From assembly GCF_028278985.1 (NCBI RefSeq), contig NZ_JANQTA010000003.1, positions 19,295 to 83,294 on the forward strand: a stretch of 64,000 nt of DNA. The letters are read 5' to 3'. The notes under the pieces are model-generated. The model ran no database searches and was not told the origin of the DNA. It saw only the letters and a list, made by a program, of their open reading frames with translations. Shown piece by piece: positions 57,564-64,000 of the stretch; the first letter of the stretch is position 1; each line of letters starts with the position of its first letter. This DNA comes from Nitrosopumilus sp. GTDB taxonomy: Archaea > Thermoproteota > Nitrososphaeria > Nitrososphaerales > Nitrosopumilaceae. Both the position numbers and the translations under genes were made by a program.

Positions 57564-59072
57564 ATGAGTAGTATAAGAGTAACATATTCAGGTTTAATTT
57601 CTTTTGCCGTAGGGATTGGTAGTATTATTACTGGAACGGTCTTTACTTTAATCGTTACAAGACAATTATCTGTAGAAGAATTTGGAACATGGAATTTAAT
57701 TGGCAGTATTGTTGCATATATGCTACTTTTAGAATCACCAATTTTTTTCTGGATCACTAGAGAAATTGCGAGAGATGTAAAATCTGCAAAAACTGCAATT
57801 ATCACAAGTGGAACTTTTTCTTCAATTGGAATGTTAGTTTACGTAATTGTAGCGTATATGATTGGCCAACAATCAAATGCAGATATTTCTATGATGATTT
57901 TTGCATTAATTCTTGTACCAGTAAATCTATTGAATCATACTATTACAGGAATTAACGTAGGATGGAAACCTCATGTAGCAAGTTATGGTTTTATTGCAAC
58001 TGAAATTAGTAAAATTCCAATTGCATTATTATTGATTTATTATATGGATCTTGGAATACTAGGAGTCATAATTACGACTGTTTTGTCATATTTGGCCAGT
58101 ATTATCATTCAATTGTATTTTGCTAAGCCGAAATTGATGAATAGATTTGAGACAAAATTTGTTAAAAAATGGTTGAGGCTTTCTTGGATAGCATTGTTTA
58201 AAGATATTCCAGGAACACTGTATGTTTCAGATGTGGTAATATTTTCTACAATCACCGGAAATGTTGCTGGAATTGCATACATTACTGCAGGTAGAACAAT
58301 TGGTAATTTAGTAAGACATTCAGGAAGAATTTCAACAGCTATATATCCAAAAATGTTAGCTGGTGGAAAACGAGAATATCTTCAAGAAAATCTTATTAGA
58401 ACTCTATATTTTGCATTTCCAACAATTGCTTTTTCAATAACATTTGCTAAACCGGGTTTATTTGCTCTAAATCCAGAATACATGGTTGCTTCATCTATTG
58501 TAATATTTCTTGCTTTTAGAACATTTTTTTCAACATTAAATAGAATCTTTAGATCATCATTACAAGGAATTGATAAAGTAGACATTTCTGAAGAATCAAA
58601 TTTCCGAGATTATCTAAAGAGTAGTTTAGTAGTTCTTCCAACTGTTAGAATAATTCAATATTCTAGTTACGTCATCTTATTAGCTTCTGGATTATATCTA
58701 CTAGTTCAACAAAATTCATCACAATTAGAACTAATTCAATATTGGGCAATAATTGCAGTACTGATAGAAATTCCATTTACAATATATTTTTCAATATTAA
58801 TCAGAAGAAATTTTAATCTAAAATTAAACTATATAGAAATTGGAAAATATTGTTTAGCAAGTTTAATTTCATTTGCAATAGCATTTGTTCTAATGGAAAA
58901 TTTTCTAGAATATAATGAAAGCATTTTCATATTTTTGCCAAATTTACTATTATACATTATAATTGCTATCTCAATTTATTTTTCATTAACATATTGTATA
59001 GATAAAAAAACTAGGAGTTTATTCAAATCTGTAATTAACGAATTATTAAAAAGAAATAATTCTAAAAAATAG
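57564..59072 (+). CDS. Polysaccharide flippase/MOP-family exporter
   Basis: About 14 TM; LSVEEFGTW. Confidence 0.8.
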   Translation: MSSIRVTYSGLISFAVGIGSIITGTVFTLIVTRQLSVEEFGTWNLIGSIVAYMLLLESPIFFWITREIARDVKSAKTAIITSGTFSSIGMLVYVIVAYMIGQQSNADISMMIFALILVPVNLLNHTITGINVGWKPHVASYGFIATEISKIPIALLLIYYMDLGILGVIITTVLSYLASIIIQLYFAKPKLMNRFETKFVKKWLRLSWIALFKDIPGTLYVSDVVIFSTITGNVAGIAYITAGRTIGNLVRHSGRISTAIYPKMLAGGKREYLQENLIRTLYFAFPTIAFSITFAKPGLFALNPEYMVASSIVIFLAFRTFFSTLNRIFRSSLQGIDKVDISEESNFRDYLKSSLVVLPTVRIIQYSSYVILLASGLYLLVQQNSSQLELIQYWAIIAVLIEIPFTIYFSILIRRNFNLKLNYIEIGKYCLASLISFAIAFVLMENFLEYNESIFIFLPNLLLYIIIAISIYFSLTYCIDKKTRSLFKSVINELLKRNNSKK

Positions 59073-59082
59073 GCTATTTGTT

Positions 59083-59997
59083 TTAGATAAGCGTCAACAT
59101 GAAAAAACTAGGGAGTTTTTTTGCTTCTAGCATTTTTAATAAAGTATTCATATCAATATTTTTAACATCATCCATGGTTCCAATTATTGGAACGTCAAGA
59201 TCTCTTGGAACATAATTTTTAACATCATATCCATCATCTCGAAGGCCTTCCAAAAAATTTCGGGTATTTTCTTGACCCATAATACTTCGATGAACTTCAA
59301 GTTGAATGATTGGATGATACTTCCTAATTGTTTCTCTCATTCCTTGAAAAATATTAAATTCGTATCCTTCTGTATCCATACGTAGTAGATCTATTTTATC
59401 AAGATCGTAATCTTCAATAAAAGAATCAATACGTTTGACAGGAACTTCAATAACTGTTCCAGGGAACTTAGATTCTTGACCCTCTGGAATTACCATACAA
59501 CTATTTGCAGCATCTTCATAAATTAGAAATTTGAGAGTTCCATCTTTTTCTCCTGCTGCAAAATTTGAAACTTCAACATTAGTAATATTTTGTAAATCAA
59601 GATTTCTTTTAAGATATTTTACATTATCTGGTGAAGGCTCTATAGCAATAATTTTTCCTTTTTCTCCAACTAATTTACTTTCCAATAATGCATAATACCC
59701 AATATTGCTACCAATATCAAGGCATATCATTCCATCTTGTAAAAATTCTGAAATTAGTTTTGTTGTTAGAGGTTCATGACTTCTAAAAATTCTAAGTTCT
59801 GAGGAAGTTCCAAATGGATCATTTGGCATAACTCCAATTTTGTATCCATTTACATCTAAAATGTCCTCTTTAGAATAATCAATACTGTTTTTTTTAATCC
59901 CCACATATGCATAATGAGCAATTGCTCGAATAGCTTTACCAATACCATATTTTTTTTTATAATTTTTAATATTTCCAATAGCATGATTAATAGTCAT
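59083..59997 (-). CDS. FkbM-family methyltransferase
   Basis: DIGSNIG, AIEP, RMDTEGYE. Confidence 0.9.
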   Translation of the reverse strand: MTINHAIGNIKNYKKKYGIGKAIRAIAHYAYVGIKKNSIDYSKEDILDVNGYKIGVMPNDPFGTSSELRIFRSHEPLTTKLISEFLQDGMICLDIGSNIGYYALLESKLVGEKGKIIAIEPSPDNVKYLKRNLDLQNITNVEVSNFAAGEKDGTLKFLIYEDAANSCMVIPEGQESKFPGTVIEVPVKRIDSFIEDYDLDKIDLLRMDTEGYEFNIFQGMRETIRKYHPIIQLEVHRSIMGQENTRNFLEGLRDDGYDVKNYVPRDLDVPIIGTMDDVKNIDMNTLLKMLEAKKLPSFFMLTLI

Positions 59998-60144
59998 TAT
60001 ACAGGAATCGTTTTTCTTGCTATATAATATATCATTGTGTGGATGACTAAAGCAAAAAATTAACTAAATTAGCAATTCAATTAACTTGTCTACATTTAAT
60101 TTTATCAAATTAAAATAAATTTGATAATATAGTGGGATCAATAT

Positions 60145-60906
60145 TTGAAGAATACAGAATTAAAAAAAATTAGTGAGTACTATGATAGTCGTGCAAAAAA
60201 GTCTGATCAAGCTAAAGCTGCAGGACAATGGATCAATAAAGAAGAAATTCCAATAATTTGTGAAGAAATTTTCAATAAAATAAAGATCAAGAAAAATTAC
60301 AAAGTGTTAGAAGTAGGATGTGGAAGTGGGGTATTAGGAAACTTTATTCAAAAAAAAATTGAATTTTTTGCAGGATTAGATATTTCACTTCATATGTTAA
60401 AAAAATTTCAAGAGTCAAGTTCAAAAACCCTCAATTTATGTCAAGCAACCACTGATTCAATCCCATTTTCTGATAAATTTTTTGATGTCGTGATTCTAAA
60501 TGGAGTAACAATGTACCTACGAGATGAAGAAATTTTACAAAAAACATTTGCAGAAATTCAAAGAGTAGTTAAAAACGATGGAATAATTTTCCTAGGAGAA
60601 AATATTGTTCCTAGAGGATACTATTGGGAGTTAGTATGGTTTCAAAATTCATCAAAATTTATTCAACCTGGTTTAAAGATTTACATTAAATTTAGAAGAT
60701 GGCTTGCAAGTAAAAATGAAAAATATGCAGGCAAATGGAAATCAATGCATAAAGAGATTTCTCCAGAATTTATCAATCAATTTTTCTCAAATAATGCAAC
60801 TATTGAAGAAACCAATGCTGTAGCATCAACAGTAAGGAAAAAACGTCTGAAAGAAAAATACAAGGGAAATAGAAGAAGAGATTTCCTGATAAAGTTAAAC
60901 TTGTAA
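60145..60906 (+). CDS. Class I SAM-dependent methyltransferase
   Basis: VLEVGCGSG, GLDIS, IPFSDKFFD. Confidence 0.88.
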   Translation: MKNTELKKISEYYDSRAKKSDQAKAAGQWINKEEIPIICEEIFNKIKIKKNYKVLEVGCGSGVLGNFIQKKIEFFAGLDISLHMLKKFQESSSKTLNLCQATTDSIPFSDKFFDVVILNGVTMYLRDEEILQKTFAEIQRVVKNDGIIFLGENIVPRGYYWELVWFQNSSKFIQPGLKIYIKFRRWLASKNEKYAGKWKSMHKEISPEFINQFFSNNATIEETNAVASTVRKKRLKEKYKGNRRRDFLIKLNL

Positions 60907-60908
60907 CA

Positions 60909-62045
60909 ATGTTCCAATTTAAAATTTCTAAATCAGTTGATCCTTTAGAATGGAATCAAAATTTGTTAAAAAGTGAATTCTCAACTTTTTTTCAAACCTA
61001 TGAATATATCCAATCACAATCGATTGATAAGGATAATTTCCCAATATTTATTGAAATTTTTGATGGGGAAAATGAGATAAAAGGTCAATTAGGCATGATT
61101 ATTCACAAATCAGCCACTGTTTACTCATCAAAAAAATTGAAAAAAATCATAAATCTTTTTTCAGATCTTGGAAAAAGAGGAAATTGGGCAGGTGGCCCAA
61201 TTATTCATTCAAAAGATAAGAAAGATAGACTGGAAATATTAAAAATAATAATTTTAGCACTAGAGAAAGTTGGAAGAGATTATAATTTAGCAGTTGTTGA
61301 TGGTTATACGCCTCATCAAGACAATCTTATTGATGAAAATATTAGAAATGAATTTAAAAAAAGTAATTATCAAATTGAAAATTTTTTCACATTTGTTACA
61401 TCATTAGAACAGTCATTAGATGATATTTGGGAATATGTTCACAAAAGTACTAAGCGAGACGTTAATAGAGCTAAAAAACGAGAAATAAAAATTAAAGAAC
61501 TATCAGAATTTTCGGAGCTAGATAACTACTTTGATCTTAGTAAAACATGGGCAAAAACAAAAGGAATTGATGTGGAACAAATTTTAAAACGTAAAGACGG
61601 GTATTGGAAATGTATAGAGTCAAAAATTGATAAAATATTTTTAGCTTTTGAAAATGAAGAGTTAGTGTCAGCACATCTACTAGGAGTTTTTAATAATATT
61701 GCTTTTAGTCATAAGTTAACTAATTCATATTCAAAAGCAACAAGTTTAGGAGGTCCATTATTAACTTGGCATGCAATTGAATGGGCAAAAAAATCAGGTA
61801 TGAAAATATATGATTATTCTGGAGGTAAATCCCCTCCTATAGACAAAAATGAATTAGAAAAATATCACGCTCAGTGGGACAGTTTATTATCATATAAGAG
61901 AAAATGGGGTGGCAAAGAATTTCCATATTTTCATGTTTTAAAAATTAGGAGAAGTTCATCATACAAAATGTTTAGAATCTTATCAAAGATAGATTGGACA
62001 TTTAGAAATTATAAAAGAAAACAGTTTCAGAGACCAAATAAGTAA
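60909..62045 (+). CDS. FemAB-like GNAT (second copy)
   Basis: GGPII, KSTKRDVNRA, LTWHAIEWA, YDYSG, YKRKWGG. Confidence 0.8.
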   Translation: MFQFKISKSVDPLEWNQNLLKSEFSTFFQTYEYIQSQSIDKDNFPIFIEIFDGENEIKGQLGMIIHKSATVYSSKKLKKIINLFSDLGKRGNWAGGPIIHSKDKKDRLEILKIIILALEKVGRDYNLAVVDGYTPHQDNLIDENIRNEFKKSNYQIENFFTFVTSLEQSLDDIWEYVHKSTKRDVNRAKKREIKIKELSEFSELDNYFDLSKTWAKTKGIDVEQILKRKDGYWKCIESKIDKIFLAFENEELVSAHLLGVFNNIAFSHKLTNSYSKATSLGGPLLTWHAIEWAKKSGMKIYDYSGGKSPPIDKNELEKYHAQWDSLLSYKRKWGGKEFPYFHVLKIRRSSSYKMFRILSKIDWTFRNYKRKQFQRPNK

Positions 62046-62100
62046 AAAATGTACCTAGACATGATGACTAAATTGAGGAAGAAAGTATGGGTGAAATAAA

Positions 62101-63222
62101 GTGGTAATTGCTTGTATTTTTCCAAATGACCCAATAATTTCGTATTATGATAAGGGAGAGATAAAGGAGAGATATTACAATCCTGAAAATGTCTTTGATG
62201 AAATTCACATCATATCTCTTACCGAAAAAGATGTATCTGAAGATAAAGTAAAGAAATTAGTAGGTTCTGCAAAACTAAAAATTCATTCAATTGGAAAAAT
62301 AACATTAAAAAATAGAAAAAAGAATATTGAAAAAGTAATTAAATTAGTTGAAGATATCAAACCAGATATTATTAGAGCATATAATCCATTGTTAGAAGGA
62401 TGGTTAGCGGCAAAATGTTCTCAAAAATTAAAAGTTCCTTTTTTTCTATCACTCCATACACAATTTGATTATAATAGAAAATTAGCAAGAAAGAAAAATT
62501 TAAAAAAATTTTTAGCTTTAAAATATACAGAAAAATTCATAGAACCTTTTGTTTTAAAATCTGCAGATAAAATAACTATAGTTTTTAAAATTATTGAACC
62601 TTACGTTGAAAAATATGTTTCAAAAAAACCTGAAATATTATACAACAAAGTAGATTTAGAAAAATTTTCTAATGCACAATATCTATCTTTGACTGAGCCA
62701 CTAATAATTTCTGTTGGTAGATTAATTCCAGAAAAAAATCATGAATGTCTAATTAGAGCGATGGAAAGGATTGATGGGCACTGTCTGATTATAGGTAATG
62801 GAGAAATGTATTCAGAATTAATGAATCTAATAATAGAATTAAATCTACAGAATAAAGTTACAATTAAAAAATCTGTTCCAAATGAACAAATACCAGATTA
62901 TTACAAGTCAGCATCTATTTTTGCATTAGCATATGATCCAGATCAAGAAGGACTACCAATACCTGTAATAGAAGCCATTGCAGCAAAACTTCCAATAGTC
63001 ATTTCAAAATTAAAAGAAGGGTATTCTGAAAATTTAGAAAATATTGCCATATTTTCTGAACGAAATCCTGAAAAATTTGCAGAAAATATCAATGAATTAT
63101 TATCAAATTCCAAGTTAAGACAAAAATGTATTCAAAATGGTATTGAATTTATCAAGAAATTTTCTGATAAGCATATAGAAAACAGAGAATCAGAAATATA
63201 CAAAGAACTTTTATCAAAGTAA
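62101..63222 (+). CDS. GT4 glycosyltransferase
   Basis: ISVGRLIPEKN, EGLPIPVIEA. Confidence 0.9.
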   Translation: MVIACIFPNDPIISYYDKGEIKERYYNPENVFDEIHIISLTEKDVSEDKVKKLVGSAKLKIHSIGKITLKNRKKNIEKVIKLVEDIKPDIIRAYNPLLEGWLAAKCSQKLKVPFFLSLHTQFDYNRKLARKKNLKKFLALKYTEKFIEPFVLKSADKITIVFKIIEPYVEKYVSKKPEILYNKVDLEKFSNAQYLSLTEPLIISVGRLIPEKNHECLIRAMERIDGHCLIIGNGEMYSELMNLIIELNLQNKVTIKKSVPNEQIPDYYKSASIFALAYDPDQEGLPIPVIEAIAAKLPIVISKLKEGYSENLENIAIFSERNPEKFAENINELLSNSKLRQKCIQNGIEFIKKFSDKHIENRESEIYKELLSK

Positions 63223-63226
63223 ACTT

Positions 63227-64000
63227 TTACCATTCAAAATCTTTGTTTAAAAATGAATAAAGTTCTTCATTGTAAGGTTGATAAAATTCTTGTAATTTTT
63301 TTCTAAAATCTGGATCTATTTGTTTTTCTTTAAAACTTCCAGACATATGAATTCCATATTCATCCAATTCAAATTTTTTCAAACTCAGGAATTTTAGAAC
63401 TCTATTATATTCAGTCGAGGGATCAGAATAGAAATCTTCACTTTTGATGATCAAAAAATTCTTTTTAGGAAAAATATTCATCCAATGTTTTAATCGTGTA
63501 ACATAAATTCCTCTATCTAGATATGCGTATAGGTAATAATCAAAGCTAATTTTTCCAGTTTGTTTCATAAAGTCTAATTGATCCTTAATTCGTTCAGGCT
63601 CTAATTTTATTGCATCTTCAAAAGATTTTTCTTCATACTTATGTTTCAGATTCATTTTATAATGTGAGAATGCTCTATCAATGGGATTACGCAACATTAC
63701 TACAAATTTTGCATTTGGAGTTAATTTAGAAATTCTTTCAGGTACTAATGGATGATCAATATACTTTGGTGTGCAGTCGCCTGCTATCAATTTATTATTA
63801 TTTATTTTTGCAAGTGATTTTTGAAAATGAAATGGAAAACATGAACGATACCAATTTTCACCACGATAGTATAATTCTTCAAAATAGTGAATTTCTTTTC
63901 CTATTCCAGGATTAACAGAAGGGTGACGAATTAAATATTGATAAAGAGAGGTGGTTCCACTTTTAGCAGCACCAATAATATAAAAATCAGGAAGAGAATG
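63227..64000 (-). CDS. PAPS-dependent sulfotransferase (heparan-sulfate-ST-like), 5'-truncated by window edge
   Basis: Frame is open to base 64000: LPDFYIIGAAKSGTTSL, KEIHYF; LRNPIDRAFS. Confidence 0.92.
   Translation of the reverse strand, partial: HSLPDFYIIGAAKSGTTSLYQYLIRHPSVNPGIGKEIHYFEELYYRGENWYRSCFPFHFQKSLAKINNNKLIAGDCTPKYIDHPLVPERISKLTPNAKFVVMLRNPIDRAFSHYKMNLKHKYEEKSFEDAIKLEPERIKDQLDFMKQTGKISFDYYLYAYLDRGIYVTRLKHWMNIFPKKNFLIIKSEDFYSDPSTEYNRVLKFLSLKKFELDEYGIHMSGSFKEKQIDPDFRKKLQEFYQPYNEELYSFLNKDFEW

Larger units (their letters stand above)
21083..64000. other. Surface-glycan biosynthesis genomic island (extends past window end)
   Basis: About 40 consecutive sugar-nucleotide, transferase and modification genes; strong AT enrichment; frequent strand switches. 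Confidence 0.85.

Noticed and set aside
2245-58585. Antisense/overlapping ORFs from the track (e.g. 2245-2445, 5601-5870, 8740-9015, 14166-14477, 20563-20871, 42815-43165, 57557-57805)
   Set aside because: They are shadows of well-supported genes on the opposite strand or in another frame, with no motifs.
1-64000. CRISPR array or IS element
   Set aside because: No regularly spaced repeats, cas genes or transposases were seen.

Overview
Genomic window from a marine ammonia-oxidising archaeon, Nitrosopumilus-like (Nitrososphaeria/Thaumarchaeota). The assignment rests on the split-CoxB heme-copper oxidase operon with a blue-copper protein, F420 enzymes, CCA-less tRNA genes and frequent TTG/GTG starts. 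About 1-21 kb is mostly core: lysC, ilvE, the cox operon, npdG, an aminotransferase, mtnA and tRNA-Val/Lys/Arg. A small accessory regulatory islet lies at 4.3-8.3 kb, with a histidine kinase, a receiver and several microproteins missed by the ORF track. From about 21 kb past the right edge is a very AT-rich, mosaic surface-glycan island. The strongest signal is a contiguous triad at 33830-37693 matching the Campylobacter jejuni O-methyl-phosphoramidate pathway: Cj1418-like L-glutamine kinase, Cj1417-like gamma-glutamyl-CDP-amidate hydrolase and Cj1416-like phosphoglutamine cytidylyltransferase. It is followed by a Thr-nucleophile sulfatase-fold protein that could be a non-Campylobacter-type transferase. 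This suggests a P-N-bonded glycan modification in an archaeon. The island also encodes a nonulosonic-acid module with deacetylase, WbqC and FemAB-like enzymes, a CDP branched-chain (C-methyl) deoxysugar module, about 8 methyltransferases, 2 sulfotransferases and a pyruvyltransferase. Other notable items are a membrane protein with two AmoC/PmoC-type DxxxH-x12-H motifs, a GC-rich structured ncRNA candidate after lysC, an atypical tRNA-Arg(UCG), and unannotated Cys-rich, RHH and C2H2 microproteins. All family calls come from motif recognition and recall; no database searches were run.
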